DNA of 63,289 nucleotides, filler included, from Saprolegnia diclina VS20 (taxonomy: Eukaryota): the NCBI RefSeq assembly GCF_000281045.1. It is 5 parts of 3 records of this genome, joined end to end, with 100 filler letters (N's around TTAATTAATTAA, not from the genome) between each part and the next. Parts side by side here need not be neighbours in the genome. Positions count along the whole stretch, not along the records: positions 1 to 25,895 come from NW_008246115.1; 4 more parts are not named here. One strand, written 5' to 3'. Every line of letters begins with the position of its first letter. Within the stretch, counting starts at the first letter, position 1. The notes under the pieces are model-generated. The model did not search any database. It was not told the DNA's origin and saw only the letters and a program-made list of their open reading frames with translations. This document shows, piece after piece, positions 1 through 12,951 of this stretch. A program made the translations under genes and the position numbers.

Positions 1-435
1 TTTTGGCTTCATTCACTGTTTCAAGAAAGAAGGCATACTCAAATCAAATCGTTTTTTGTACTCGTTGTGCCAATTCGCGTCATTTCGATGCATTCCACCA
101 CCACGATCGCTACCAGCCATGCTACTAGCTAGCTTGGCACACAAGGCCTCAACGCACTGTGGTCTAGTCAAGAGAGGTCAGTCGAAACAAAGAGCCTCCT
201 GGTCGACTACAATAGTAGTAGGAACGCAACAGCTTCTGCATTTTTTCCAATCAAGGCAGCGCTTCCAGCCTCAGCAACCCAACGTCGCCGAGTAGGTCGC
301 GAGGACGAGGACGACCTCGTCCCAACGACTTTAGCCAGATGAAACCATGCTCGCACAAAAACGTTTCACGTTGGACGCGCAGATTAGGGACGACTCACAC
401 ATTCATACTACGTAATATCTCAAAATGTAAAAGCC

Positions 436-1986
436 TTAGACGAGTTGCCATGGCGACGATACGCGGGACGGCGACGAGAACGTATGTTCCGATTCAACGT
501 ACTGGAGCTGGTGCGTTCGGATAAGATCTTGGATGGTCTCATCGTCGCCGAGACACTGATCCGGCCAAATAGCACGCAGCGCGAAATTACTGCCAAAACG
601 TAGTGTCACATTGCGGCAAGCCCCCAGCGCTGTGAGCAACCCGGGGGCCGACGCCATTGTCATGTTGTTGGCCGACAAGTCGATCGTCAGCGGTCGCCGG
701 TTCTTGCCCGACGCTAGGGCAACGGCCAATACAACTGCATCCTTGTCGTTGAGCCCCGTCCTGCTCAGCTGAAGTGTCTGGAGGCCACGCGCCATCCACG
801 CGGGCAGCGCGCGTGCCATCGTCAAGAACCCTTCCTTCCCGAGCAAAGTACCGCTCACGTCGACAAGCTGGAGTTGGCGCGACGTCGAGAGCCAGCGCAT
901 AAGGGTCGCGACTAGCTCCGTCTTGCAATTCAGTCGGCGCAGCGAGGCCGTCGTGAGCTGCGGGCAGACAGCAGTGAATGTGGCGGCAGGCAAAAGCCAG
1001 TGATAGAGGCACACGGATTCGAGCGACGAGCACGCGCTGAGAGCGATCGTAACGTCGTAGAGCGGAAGGACAATTTGCCGCGTGTTGCGGACGCTCAGCG
1101 TGCGAAGCGACGGCCAATCCAATTTGCCGAGGATGTCGGTCGCATGCTGCGTGCCATCTTGGTTCAGCGAGAGTGATGTGATGTGGTGCAACTCGTGTGG
1201 CGACGTTGCTAACGCAGCTCGAACGTCCGGGGCATCCACGAGACTCAAAGAAGAGAGTGTGGACGAGGTCTGGATCGCGCGGACGAGCGATGTCGGGTCG
1301 CGCACCGTGCCGCAGTCGAGCACGAGGCAGGACGCGCTCGGTCCTTCCAGCCACGCGACAATGGCCGACGCATCGAGCGCGCCGACAGCGTTCGTACGCA
1401 CTCGCAGTGTCCGCAAGCGATGCGTAGGCATCGCCGCCAAGTACGCGGCCGCGGCGTCGGGTGTCGCGGCGCGCTCAATCGTGACCGATTCGACGTTGAC
1501 GCAGCGCGCCAGCATGTCCGGGATCGGGTCCGATAACACTTTCTGGCTCTGGATGATGACATGGGAAATGCGATTGCCCCATGCATGCGCAAAAGCACCG
1601 AGAAGACCTGGCACCGCGAGGTCCATGACGAGCGTCACGGGCATTTTGGGCGGCAAGGTCGCGTCGAGCCACGCGAGCGCTGCAAAACCAGCGGCAATGA
1701 AGACGCCTTGAAACGCTGGCAGCGCTGCAACGGCGAGGCAAGCGTGCACAGTTGGGATTTTGGTGACATGCACGATTGGCCAGTGCTCGGCGAGGTCGAC
1801 GACTGCACCAAGGTCGCGGAGCCCAACGAGCTCCGGTGGCAGCGTCAATATCGGCAGCGCACCGAGCAAGGCCGTGACGTCCTTGCCATCCGCAAGCGCT
1901 TCCAGAATAGCGTGCAGCACGACGCTCGGTAAGCGAAGCGAGCTGGGATGTCGGCAGGTCCGCTTCGCATGGTGCTCGTCCACCAT
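436..1986 (-). CDS. LRR/RNI-like repeat protein of a lineage-expanded family (516 aa, MVDEHHAKRT...SPWQLV)
   Basis: Open frame with RNI-type LRR motifs (LQLVDVSGTLLGKEG, LQTLQLSRTGLNDKDAVVLAVAL, LTIDLSANNMT). ATG at 1986 preferred over the ORF-track start at 2319 because 2000-2140 is AT-rich and 2140-2320 is a paralogue remnant. Confidence 0.75.
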   Translation of the reverse strand: MVDEHHAKRTCRHPSSLRLPSVVLHAILEALADGKDVTALLGALPILTLPPELVGLRDLGAVVDLAEHWPIVHVTKIPTVHACLAVAALPAFQGVFIAAGFAALAWLDATLPPKMPVTLVMDLAVPGLLGAFAHAWGNRISHVIIQSQKVLSDPIPDMLARCVNVESVTIERAATPDAAAAYLAAMPTHRLRTLRVRTNAVGALDASAIVAWLEGPSASCLVLDCGTVRDPTSLVRAIQTSSTLSSLSLVDAPDVRAALATSPHELHHITSLSLNQDGTQHATDILGKLDWPSLRTLSVRNTRQIVLPLYDVTIALSACSSLESVCLYHWLLPAATFTAVCPQLTTASLRRLNCKTELVATLMRWLSTSRQLQLVDVSGTLLGKEGFLTMARALPAWMARGLQTLQLSRTGLNDKDAVVLAVALASGKNRRPLTIDLSANNMTMASAPGLLTALGACRNVTLRFGSNFALRAIWPDQCLGDDETIQDLIRTHQLQYVESEHTFSSPSRVSSPWQLV

Positions 1987-2139
1987 CTTCTCCGCCCGCG
2001 CTTTTCGCCGTTTCTTGTGACACAAAATACCTGTAATACTAAATAAATGGCAAAAATGCATATTGGTGTACAATTTAACAATCTCGCGATTGTCCACCCC
2101 AGTCAATTCATCAAGAGCAAGGAACAGCACTATGCCCTT

Positions 2140-2320
2140 GATCGAGAGAAATGTCATGTGATACATATTGTAGGGCGCCGCCAAGGCACCGTGCATACAA
2201 GCAGTACCATCCAGTGACAAGGAAGATAGCGGAGAGCCTGCTCGCACTCCGCTCGCCAGTGGCATCAATGTTTGACCTTGGAGCTCAAGCCGCAATGGCG
2301 ACGGTCTCCAAGTCATCACT
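2140..2320 (-). pseudogene. Fragment of an LRR-family paralogue
   Basis: LASGVRAGSPLSSLSLDGTACMHGALAAPYNMYHMTFLSI aligns by eye with LVRAIQTSSTLSSLSLVDAPDVRAALATSPHELHHITSLSL inside the 436-1986 protein; boundaries approximate. Confidence 0.5.
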
Positions 2321-3261
2321 TAGGCTCGCACCTTGGGTGTGTGCAGATGTTGGGGTGGTAGCGCCGCCACGCTGTCGCTCGACGCTTCGTTTTCGATCGT
2401 CATCGATTGGACTTGACGTAGCATGTAAGGACGCCGGCAATCGACAGCGGCAGTGCGACGTGCGGCGCATTCGTCTGGTTAGGTCGAGGCCAGCGACAAT
2501 TCGCGCAATAATGATATAGAAAATGCAAAGCTCGAGCGGGGTCGAGGAGCATTTCCGTGCTCAATGAGGTGACGATCGTGCGCGCAGTGGCTTTTGCAAG
2601 CACATTTGAGTGCTGACTACAAATTGTAATAAATGCGCTCCACGCGACGTTTGCGCAACGCAGCGGCTTCTGCATCGCTACGATGCAGTCTGTCGACGCT
2701 AGCTCTATCAGCTACAGCATCGCTCGCGCTCTGTAGCCTTCTCCAACACGGTGTAATACCTTGTCAAAGTCACGCCTCTCTGTAACGCTAATGTCACGAG
2801 GGCGACTCTACAATTTTGTACTATTACGTCGTCTTGCAAAGATGCAGCAGTGGTTTGGACTTGCGGGAACGCAAACCCAATGCGATAGTTGGCAATAGAG
2901 AACGGTGTCATCGCTGATCTATGAACCGAATTTCCCACACGTCCACAAATCATTAAAACACAGCGCGATGGCACGGCGGCAGATCGTACACCATGCTTCA
3001 CTCACTATTGTTTCTATGTGCGCTCTCTTTGCTGGTCCAAACGCAAGACGAGAGGCAAGAATCGTGTGCCTCCACCACAAGTCGGCCAAGGTGCGGTGGG
3101 TGACTTGCCCAGTATGTCAGATGCAAAATGTTTGGCGCTTCGCCAAAATACCCAACCGACAAAGTGAGACTGACGTACTCGAAAACTCGTTGTGTACAAG
3201 CTTCGAGGCATATAATCCAAAGGACAACAAAATCAGAAATTATTACATTTGCTGCGAATTT

Positions 3262-3837
3262 TTACAAACCGATCGGGTGCCATGGCGATGAGGTGCGCGA
3301 TGGCGACATGTACGTGCCAGACGCCACGTAGTTCAGCCGATGCACTTGGAAAAGGCCGCCGAGGATTCTAGATATTTCGACGCGTTTTTTGTAAGCAGCT
3401 TCGCCCTTCCCTGAATCATGCGCGTACATGTACTTGTAGTATGGGTACGGGGCGTGCTCGAGTTTCGAGTACACTAAAGGTTCGTCCAAATGCAATGTGA
3501 CGTCGCGACATGCCCCCAGCGTCGTCAGTAGCAGAGGCGCTGACGCAACGCTGAGGTAATTCCGCGTCAGGTTGATCTTCAGTGGGTTGCAGTTGCGGCT
3601 CGACGCAAGCGCGAGAGCGACGTCTTGACGGTGCGATCGTGCTAGCGTACGTACGCTCATGTTGCTTGGTAGATTGTGGTCGACGATACCAACGTGCAGT
3701 TGACGACTGAAGACGGCCACAAGTTCAGGTTCGCATCTCCACAGCATGCGCACGACGCTGACACGCGGTGCTAGCTTCCCCAAGTCCGACTGTTCGATCT
3801 TGCCCATCGTGCACTCGTCGGCGGAAGAGCTCGCCAT
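3262..3837 (-). pseudogene. Degenerate LRR-family paralogue (C-terminal part)
   Basis: DVALALASSRNCNPLKINLTRNYLSVASAPLLLTTLGACRDVTL...YMSPSRTSSPW matches LAVALASGKNRRPLTIDLSANNMTMASAPGLLTALGACRNVTL...FSSPSRVSSPW of 436-1986; no continuous upstream frame. Confidence 0.65.
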
Positions 3838-4504
3838 CTACATTGTACGACTCTCTTCGCACGCGGCTTCTAACTTGTTGCTAGAGCGGCCGCCTGATCG
3901 AGGAGTTTACGATGAACGAGCTCAAGGTAGACGGTTGCAGCTGCTGCATCCGATCGATAACGTGGAGATCGTAGGCGCGCAACGTATTCAAGCTCGAAAT
4001 CAGCATCGCCGAGGCGGAGAACCAACTCGCTTCGTACGAGCGCCACCTCACGTACTAAGATACCAGAGGCGCCATCTCGTCTAGAAGGTTTAGAGCTGAT
4101 TAGTACTAGTACATTTGCTGCCCTTTTTTCTTGCCGTTCCCACGCTGGTTCCCACGCATCTCGGGCTCGGATCTGCTCGACGTTCCGCTTCGAATGGAAG
4201 CGCCTTCGATGCCTCCTCCTTTGTGTGGCCAGAACTGCACATCTTCGGGATGCGACTTGAGGTGGCTGCAACTGAGCTCGCGCCAGCGCCTGACGATCGC
4301 GTTGACATAAACACGAGGTTGCCTTTCGATGCCGCGGTGCCACTCAGCGCTGGCCACACCTTCTCCTTCTGAACGCACGCCTTACAAAGAGGCCATGTAC
4401 GTCGACATCGTCCAATTTTCTGAAGTTGGCGCGAAAGAAAAGCAGAAAAATAGAAATAAGTTAGTATTAGTCGAGATAGATATGTACGCAGGAGATGTTG
4501 CTGC

Positions 4505-4957
4505 TCATGCCACGGGCGAGTTGAGTTGCATCGTCGTGGAAATGATGTGCTCGGTCGTGTGTTGCACGGACAGAAGGCGCGCCATGAGCTGCTGCATTTT
4601 CTCGGGCGTATCGGCGCCAGACGCGTCCATCGTGAAAAATGGCTTGGGCGACGGCTCCGGCTCGACGATCGGCGCCACATAGTAGACTGTCGGTGCCACC
4701 TTGGGCGTCGACTCGATCGCGAGGTCGAGGAGGATCGGGACGCGTGCTGCGAGCGACGGCTTGGTCGGCTCCTTGTGCGTCGAGATGCACCCGAGGCACA
4801 TCTTGATGCGCACGTTCTTGGTCGCGACAGGGTTGAGCTCGGCGTTGGTGGTGACGCTGACGCAGCAGCGGCGGCACACGCTCGCGTGGCACCGGCTGCA
4901 CGAGCTCTTTCGGCGAAAGTAGGCAAAGGACGTGGCGCAGACGTTGCAGTGAGCCAT
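4505..4957 (-). CDS. Small FYVE-like zinc-finger protein (150 aa)
   Basis: MAHCNVCATSFAYFRRKSSCSRCHASVCRRCC...KMCLGC has FYVE-type 8-Cys spacing; the R(R/K)HHCR PI3P patch is degenerate (RRKSSC). Confidence 0.7.
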   Translation of the reverse strand: MAHCNVCATSFAYFRRKSSCSRCHASVCRRCCVSVTTNAELNPVATKNVRIKMCLGCISTHKEPTKPSLAARVPILLDLAIESTPKVAPTVYYVAPIVEPEPSPKPFFTMDASGADTPEKMQQLMARLLSVQHTTEHIISTTMQLNSPVA

Positions 4958-6324
4958 GCTAGTATGTGGATGTGGTTCGTGGACGCGAAAATGAAAACTG
5001 AGCCACAGATACAAACGCGACTGGCGGAGCTGTAAGGCGTGGCGTGGCCGCAACAGGCTGACCTTATGGGTGTACCGGCTGGCGACATGCGTTTCGGCGG
5101 AACCCGAATTAGACGAAAAAAGGCCTGATTCGATGCTTGAAGCAGGGAAATGCCTAAATTTGAAGCGCATGCGTCAGGGTTTGGGGTTGCGACAGTGGCC
5201 ATCTCGAGGACACGGCGAGGGGGACGAGCAGGAGTAAGTTCAGAAAGGAATGGCGCTGCTTCGTCTACGCATCTCGGTGCTGCTCCACGTCCATTCTCGG
5301 GTGGTTTGGAGTGCGGTCGAGGCCAGACATGGGTGCATTGACTACAGTACTTGGTCCGTGTACCCACGCCAGCCAAGTGTTCGAGTGGTCCGCACGCGCC
5401 ACCCTAGAACTACTAGAACTACTGTGGTGTGTCGCATTTGCCATGATTGCATCAAAATGGTAATGAGCGTCGTGATGCCATTACCGGTAATACGCTGGTC
5501 TCGTACTTCTCGTACACTCTGCTGTAGTCTGATGAATTTCCATCACAGGAATAATACGCAAACGCCTTTCCGCCAAACGTCTCGCCGCTGCTGTTGCTAG
5601 CACCGCAGCTCGTCGCCACCGCGCCACATCATCTCGCTCGTTTTTGAGGCCCGAGGCGGTGCGACGATGAGCCCGACTGCACGTGCCGTTGCAGGAATGC
5701 GCCGTTTTCGTGTCCATGCACGTCCCATCCGAATATGTTGAAGCAGTGGACATCCGTGGACACGGCGATTGCGACTGGGAAAATCGTGAGTTCTCGAGAG
5801 AGCGCTTGCATGACTGATGCTGCACTGGCGTCGAGGAGCCTTGGGTACAGTCCTCGTAGTGGGTGCATTCGGGCGCAAGCGTCGGGAGGCACTTTTGCAT
5901 GGAACGCACGCGGTGGCGTCGTCGCTCCGTGACGAGCAAGTGATGTGCTGGAAGCACGTTGTGTGGGATAAGCTCTTTTTATCTGCCGACTGCTCGTGGA
6001 TCGTGGATCGGCAGTTGGCAGAACTTGCAGTGCCAGGACAGGCCAAGTTCAGAAGGCAAAATGGACGATCTGAGTCTGTCGTCGTCCGCAGTGCATTTTG
6101 ATGCAATCGTCACCACCGGCTGGCGTTGGTGTCCACGAACGCGCTGACTGACGCGCTGCTTCAAACCCCGCACCACGAAAACTAGATGGACGGCGACATA
6201 GCCAAGCGTCTCCGCGTGCGACGCAGATTCGTCACGTCTCGGATCACTCTAGTCGTGTCCTTTTTCGCGACAACACAGTATGCACACTGCTGGATTTATC
6301 AAGTTGGTTCATCTAATATATCTA

Positions 6325-7960
6325 CTACGCTTCGTTCACATCATGGTACGAGTGGGTCGAGCCGCGGCGGCGGCGCGGCGTCGCGGACGACGAGAGCACG
6401 GCCGACGCCGGCGACGAGAGCACGTAGCCGACCGGGAGGTTGAAGTCCATCGCGTTGAGCTCCTCGGTCGAGTCGTCGTCTTCCTTGACCTCCATGGACT
6501 GCAGCGCCTGGAGCGCCATGTCGTTCCAGTCGATGCCGAGGTACTTGATGCCGAAGATCGTGAGCTTGAAGATCTCGGTGATGCACGTGCCATACCAAAT
6601 GCCGACAAAACCCCAGTCGAGCGCGATTGCAAGGAGGTAGCAGACCGGCAGCTGCACAAACCACGACGCAAAGAACGAGACGTACGTCGCAATGTGCGTC
6701 TGGCCCATGCCGTTGAGCATCGCTTGGATCGACATCTCGAGGGACTCGAGCGTGAAGCCGAGGAGGAAAAGCGGGAGCACGAGGATGCACATGCCGAGGA
6801 GCTCGCTATCGGACGTGTACAAGCGGAAGATTTCGTTTCGGAGCAGAAAGACGCTGGCCGCCAGCACGACGCCGGTGAGGAGCGTGCACGTGAAGCCCAT
6901 GAGCGAGATCTTCTGCGCCGAGATGGGGTGACCGGCACCCAAGTGGTTGGCGACGCGTGCTTGCGTCGCGCAGCCAAAGCCCCAGAAGAGCGCCCACACG
7001 AGGCTCCAGAGCGTCGACATGACGGCGTTCGCAGCGATCGACTCGGACCCGAGCTTGGCCGCAATGAGCGACATGCAGCTCTGCGCCATGTTGACGAGGA
7101 GGTTGTTGAGTGCGAGTGGCGTCGCCATGCGCATAAAGATAACGAGGCGGTCGCGCGTGAGCTCTTCGAAGCGCCAGCCGCCCCACGCCTGCAAATGGTA
7201 TTTCTTGTACACGAAGCAGTAGAGGTACAGCGAGATGGGCTGGAACCACGACGCGAGCACGGTCGCGAGCGGCGACCCGTCAAAGCCGAGACCGCCCCAG
7301 CCCGCGTAGCCGTAAATAAGAACGTAGTTGGCCGCGATCGTGAGCACAATCGAGACGCAGCCGACAATCGTGATGGGGAAGACGATGCCCATGGCCTGGA
7401 AGTACTGGCGCATGCACGCGTAGAGGAGCGACGGCCAGATCGAGAAGGCGAGGATGCGGGCAAAGCGCGTGCCGAGCTCAATGATCTCGGGGTCCGAGGT
7501 CGCAAACTGCATGATGTAGCCGAGGCACCAATACCAAATAAATACCGGCACCATGAGCACCGTGACGACAATGACCGCGAATTGAAGCCAGATGCCAACG
7601 AGCTGCGAGTTCTTGGCGCCCCACGCTTGGCCGCAGAGCTATCACAAGCGCGGACGATGAGCCATTCAGAGAACGACGCAAGGAGCGGCGTACCGTGACG
7701 AGCGAAGACGCAATGCTCCAGACCGTGAAGAGCGGGACCGCCGTCCAAATCGACGCCAGCGAGGACGCGGCGAGCGCCTGCGTGCCGAGGTGCCCGAGGA
7801 ACGCCGAGTCGATCGAGACGAGCGCGATACGGGCGACGCTGGCCAGACTCACTTGCACGGCCATCGAGGCAAGTGTGATGAATTCCTTGCGCGCGTCAAA
7901 GACGTCCGTGTCGGCCTTCTTGACGAGGAGAGGGTCCGCTTCCTTGGCCACCTTGCTCAT
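6325..7960 (-). CDS. MATE family multidrug/toxin efflux transporter (2 exons, intron 7639-7693)
   Basis: DSAFLGHLGTQALAASSLA, spliced TLCGQAWGAK, RVANHLGAG, many TM helices; a 55 nt GT..AG intron restores the frame. Confidence 0.92.
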
Positions 7961-9020
7961 ACTTCCTTGGTCGCCCTCACAAAAAAGGAAATGATATTCG
8001 ACGTCGGAATATCTTGCACAAATGTCTCAGATCCGGATACGGGGCCAATTGGTTGGCTCGGATGCCGGTCGACGTGCCACTCTGGCAGATGCGTGGGGTG
8101 ATAGACGATAGCAAGGCGGGCTGATCGGCAGCGCCGCATCCCGCCACCACCCGCCTCGATCGGTTGAGCTTGTATACAACAGCGAGAATCTCTGCCTCTA
8201 AACGCTGGACGCGCGAGGAGGCTGAGCATGCCTAGAAGGGGCTCGGCACGGCGATGCCACCGTGCCGTGGCGTGCACGGCCCTTGTTTATGTGCCGGTAT
8301 CCGGATGGGAAGTGGATCAGCGAGCACTGCGCCAAAGCCGTCCAGTCCCCGTGTCCACATACAAAATCCAAGAGAAATGCGATGGTTGAAGGCGTTGTGG
8401 ACCGAGCAATGCGGACGATCTCGGGAAACCAGCTGGTACTGAGACGACATTGGGAAGTGTGCCCACTGAATTTACCCACCGTGGCGGCCACCCGCGCCCA
8501 CAAGCAATTTCTATGGCAGTCTGCAGCGCCAGAGGGGGACGTAGAGAGTGGCTGAACAAGACGCATGAGTCATCGCAGCCGCGCCACTCTTCGAATGGGC
8601 CAACCACGCGCTGGACGAAGCATCTTGCACGTCTTCTCCCCATCGTCCAGATTCGTCGTTTGAATCGGGCTGTGACATGCTCCTGCGACTTCCTGTTGCA
8701 CATGGATGGACGATGATTGCCTCGACGTGTCATCGGGCAACTCCTTGCTTGCAACGCTGCGTCGTACAGGCGACGGCCATGGTCCGCCGATTGCGGACGT
8801 CTCGAGGCATCTAGTCGCACGCAAAGTGTGCACGCAAATGGGTGTCGCCTCGTGGTAGCCAGCACCGTGCAGTGGAATCCTCCAAGATGTGGATCCTCCC
8901 ATGGAGTCGCCTAAAATTTGGGTGTTTTTAATCTCAACGCGGATTGGTCCTTTTTGGAGCCGCTCGGACACCGATTGGTCGAGCCCAAGATCCGCGATTC
9001 GTGGTATCAACGCAGGACGG

Positions 9021-10692
9021 ATGCAACGCTTCTTGACCCGCGCGCTCTCGACGTCGATCCCGCGCACGGCGGTGAAGGACCTTTTGGCGACGGCCCCGGG
9101 CGCCGATGCTAGCGTCTCTGGCTGGGTCAAGTCAGTCCGCCGGCAAAAGAACGTGAGTTTTATTACGCTCAACGACGGGTCGTCCTTCCAGAGCCTCCAA
9201 GTCGTGTGCGATGGCGGCGACGACTTGGCCAAGGTGACGGTGGGCAGCAGCATTCGCGCGGTGGGTCGCGTCACGGCCGCGCCCAAGTCGGGCCAGGTTG
9301 AGATCCACGCCTCCGATGTGCACGTGTATGGCACGAGCGACGCGTCGACATACCCGCTCTCCAAGAAGTACCACACGCTCGAGTTTGTGCGCGAGCACCT
9401 CCATTTGCGCCCGCGCACCAACACGTTTGGCGCCGTCACGCGTGTGCGCAACGCGCTCAGGTCTCTTCTTGCTCTCGTCGACGTCGTCCTCGACGTGTCT
9501 ATTCTGTAGCCAAGGACTCCACGCCTACTTCCAGTCGCAGGACTTTGTCCAAGTGCACGTACGAGATTCTGATATATCAATGTATCGACTGGCAGCTCAC
9601 GCGAGACCCTCCTGATAGACGCCGATCCTGACGTCCATCGACTGCGAAGGTGCGGGCGAGCAGTTCCGTGTCGAACGCGAGTCGGGCGCCAAGAAAGAAG
9701 GTATTGTTTCGATGCAAACACGACGTTCTGAGACTAAACATCGCGCGCTAGATCCGTTCTTTGGCCTCCCAGCGTACCTCACAGTCTCGGGGCAGCTTCA
9801 CGCCGAGATGTATGCGAGCGCGCTCACCAACGTCTATACGTTTGGCCCGACGTTCCGCGCCGAGAACAGCAACACGACGCGCCACCTCGCCGAGTTTTGG
9901 ATGCTCGAGCCAGAAATGGCGTTTGCGGGGCTGCCTGAGTGCATGGCGACGGCCCAAGGCGCGGTCCAGAACGCGCTCCGCTTTGCGATGGACAAGTGCG
10001 GCGACGACCTCGCCTTCTTCCACGACCAAGTCGCCAAAAGCAACGCGGACAAGAACCTCCTCGGGCAGCTCGAGACGGTGCTCTCGACAGACGCGTTCCC
10101 GCATCTGACGTATACGGACGCCATTGAGGTGCTCCAGAAGGCGCCCGTGTCTTTTGATTTGGCGCCCGAGTGGGGTACATCCTTGTCGATACGATTAGGT
10201 GGATGCTACAATGATGGACGTAGGGATGGATCTCAAGACCGAGCACGAACGGTACCTTGCAGAGAAGCACGTGGGCGGCCCTGTCTTTGTGACCGACTAC
10301 CCGGCGGCGCTCAAGGCGTTTTACATGCGGCTCAACGACGACACGGAGCCGGACCGCGCGACGGTGGCTGGCATGGACCTTCTCGTGCCCGCGATCGGCG
10401 AGCTCGTCGGTGGCAGTGTCCGCGAAGACCGCTTGGATGTACGATGTGATTGTCTACGGTCGATGTCATAGCTGATGGGCGATGGCGACACTAGGTGCTC
10501 CAGCGCAAGATGGCGGATGCTGGCATCGACCCGACTGGTCTCGAGTGGTACCTCGATCTGCGCCGGTATGGCTCCGTGCCGCACGCGGGTTGGGGCATGG
10601 GCTTCGAGCGCCTCGTGCTCTTTGCGACGGGCCTCGAGAACATCCGCGACGCCATTCCCGTGCCTCGGTACCCCGGTGCATGCAAGCATTAG
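9021..10692 (+). CDS. NARS2: Asparaginyl-tRNA synthetase, probably mitochondrial (multi-exon)
   Basis: GWVKSVR...[10 protein letters not shown] fold, [76 protein letters not shown]; basic N-terminus [12 protein letters not shown] resembles a mitochondrial presequence; several short introns. Confidence 0.93.
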
Positions 10693-10737
10693 AGGTCGCC
10701 AAACTACAACTTTGGTTGGAAACTTTTGTCGTGTCTA

Positions 10738-11685
10738 TTACGCTCCTGCCCGCGGCCGTTTTCGCCGCGGTTGCGTCGCCCGTAAGCGCTCGTTCTCTAG
10801 GATCTGCGCGTCCAGCGACGCCTGCAGCGAAGCAATTTGCCGCCGCGCGGTCGCAAGCTGCGCGTGCACGTCCTCCTCGGCTTGGACAGGCGCCTCGACC
10901 TCCGCCGTGCTGGTTGGGCCCGGTACTTCCTCGGAGGGCCGCGATTCAACCATGGCTTGTTTGATACCGAGGAGAAGGTTCACAGGGTCCTCGTTATCCT
11001 CGTGGGGCGACTCGTCGACTTTGGGCGACGCTTCTTGTCGTAGAATGAGCCGCGTCCTGATCGTGCTCAAGTTGGGTAGCGACTGGTTGGCAAAGACAAT
11101 GACGTCGGCCGGTAAGATCTTGGGTTGTGTCTCTGGCGACTCGGTCGTGACGTACGGGCGGATCATGCAATTGCCCTCGACGTGGGGCAGCTTGCGTTTA
11201 AAGTAGATGGGCTCTTTCACGGCCGGGAGGAGCTCGAGCGGCGCCGAGGCCCGCGTTCGCTTTGGCACCGACTTGCGCTTGATAAACTGCAGCAAGTCCG
11301 GTTCGTTCTTCTTGAAGAACGGGTGGCTAAACGTACAAATGTACGTTTTGGTCTTGGTCCACTTGCGAAAGCCAAAGTAGTTGAGTTGGCGCTGGAACGA
11401 CTGAAAGTTGTTGTGACTAAAGTACTTGGGGAGGATCTCGCGCGTCGCGCGGCCTGGGTCGAGGATCTGCAGCGACGCGCCGTCGTCGGCCCACTTGATC
11501 ACGCTCGACTCTTCCTCCTCGAGAATGTCGAAGAGCTGGAGGAGGAACTTGGGGATCTCGGGCTTGAGCTTCGTGGGCACGAAGGCTGTCGCGTTGAAGT
11601 GCTCGAGCGTCCCGTCCGACGAAGCGTCGCTCGGGCTCGTCGTCGTCGCGCCCTTGGGCTCGGCGGGCAGCAGAATCTTGGGCAT
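10738..11685 (-). CDS. HSF-type DNA-binding transcription factor (315 aa)
   Basis: PKFLLQLFDIL...IKW...ILPKYFSHNNFQSFQRQLNYFGFRK...FSHPFFKK is the HSF DNA-binding domain; C-terminal coiled coil and basic tail RRKRPR. Confidence 0.92.
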   Translation of the reverse strand: MPKILLPAEPKGATTTSPSDASSDGTLEHFNATAFVPTKLKPEIPKFLLQLFDILEEEESSVIKWADDGASLQILDPGRATREILPKYFSHNNFQSFQRQLNYFGFRKWTKTKTYICTFSHPFFKKNEPDLLQFIKRKSVPKRTRASAPLELLPAVKEPIYFKRKLPHVEGNCMIRPYVTTESPETQPKILPADVIVFANQSLPNLSTIRTRLILRQEASPKVDESPHEDNEDPVNLLLGIKQAMVESRPSEEVPGPTSTAEVEAPVQAEEDVHAQLATARRQIASLQASLDAQILENERLRATQPRRKRPRAGA

Positions 11686-12951
11686 CGGCGAAACTTGGAG
11701 TACACCCGTAATTTCGACGGGATAGAGACTTCGATTTTTAGAATACTTCTACGTATTTTTAGAACGTTCGCGCTCATTGGCTGAAATGCGGGGGAAACCT
11801 GGCGAAACCCAGCGAATGACCACGACGCCGAGGGACGCGGGCCGAGGACTCGGCGTCCTCGCACCTCGTCTCGCCCGACGACAGATCGTCGATACGCGCA
11901 CCTCGGTCCAGAGCCGCGCGGCAACTCGTCACGGCGTCTCATTAGTGTGAAAAGGCACGAATAATGCCCAATGAGGAGCTTCGACAAAACGTTCGCCATG
12001 TAGACTTTGCCATAAACGGTAGCGATAGCTAGAGCGTATACCTCGTTACAGATGACAGTCCTTGTCGACGGGAGCTCGTTGCGTCAATGAACGCCTAGTG
12101 AGATACAACTTGCTGACAACCCACGATACAAACACAATAGTGTCTGCGCGCGGCTCCTTGTCTGCGTGTGGAGCAATTTCTGAGACCTCCCTTGGGAGGA
12201 CCAAACGCCGACGGAGCTTGGGAACAAGGCACGCTGACCGCCACCCGCTTTCTCTTGTCATTCGAGAGGACAGGTCGCTCATCCCACTCGTTCAAGCCCC
12301 AGCAGCACCCTTGAACGGGCAAATCGCGTCCAACTTGACCAAGCAAGTTGGCAAGGCTGCACCGGACGAGCGCGGCAGTTCTATCTTCACCAAGTGCAGT
12401 GGTCATGGTTTGCCAAGCATATTCGCTGCGTCCAACTATTGGGATGGCAATAGACACCATGCGTCGTCAACCATCTTTTGGCCTTTAGTAGATCCCTTGG
12501 GTGCAGTCCTTTCTTATTCTTATTGGTTTGTACCAGCAAGTGGTTTTTGATACTGCAGAACGACGACAAAAATGTCCTTGTGACGATCTAGATGCCCAGA
12601 CGCAGCTTGCGACGACTTGGCAGGAAGGCCCGAGCGCTGTCCGTTCACCATTGCAGACCTCGAGTTACCTCTGGTTATGATTAATCCAAGACGCTACTGT
12701 GCGTAAAGCTGGTTCATGATGTCCAGCACATTGAAAGCAGCCAAGTCCGCCCAAAGCTGCCACGTCATGCCCGCTTTTGGTCGCTCTTCTTCGATCCGGA
12801 TAAGATCTGGCGGGAGTGAGTTTTACGTGCGTTTTACCTGTGGGTAAAAAGGTCGCGGTGCGTCGGATTTGGTGCGTAACCGGACATTTGTATCCGGATA
12901 CGACGCTCCAAATAACTGGCCGGAGCGAACTTTGCAATCGATCGAGTGAAG

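Noticed and set aside
5481..6180. Overlapping short ORFs between the FYVE-like and MATE genes
   Set aside because: GC-rich and possibly a gene relic, but no identifiable homology.
6280..7748. Long antisense and alternate-frame ORFs over MATE and other genes (e.g. 472 aa, 470 aa)
   Set aside because: Shadow ORFs produced by high GC3 codon bias; Arg/Ser-rich with no motifs.
12046..12760. ORFs between HSF and mL43
   Set aside because: No motifs or codon bias; cannot support a gene.
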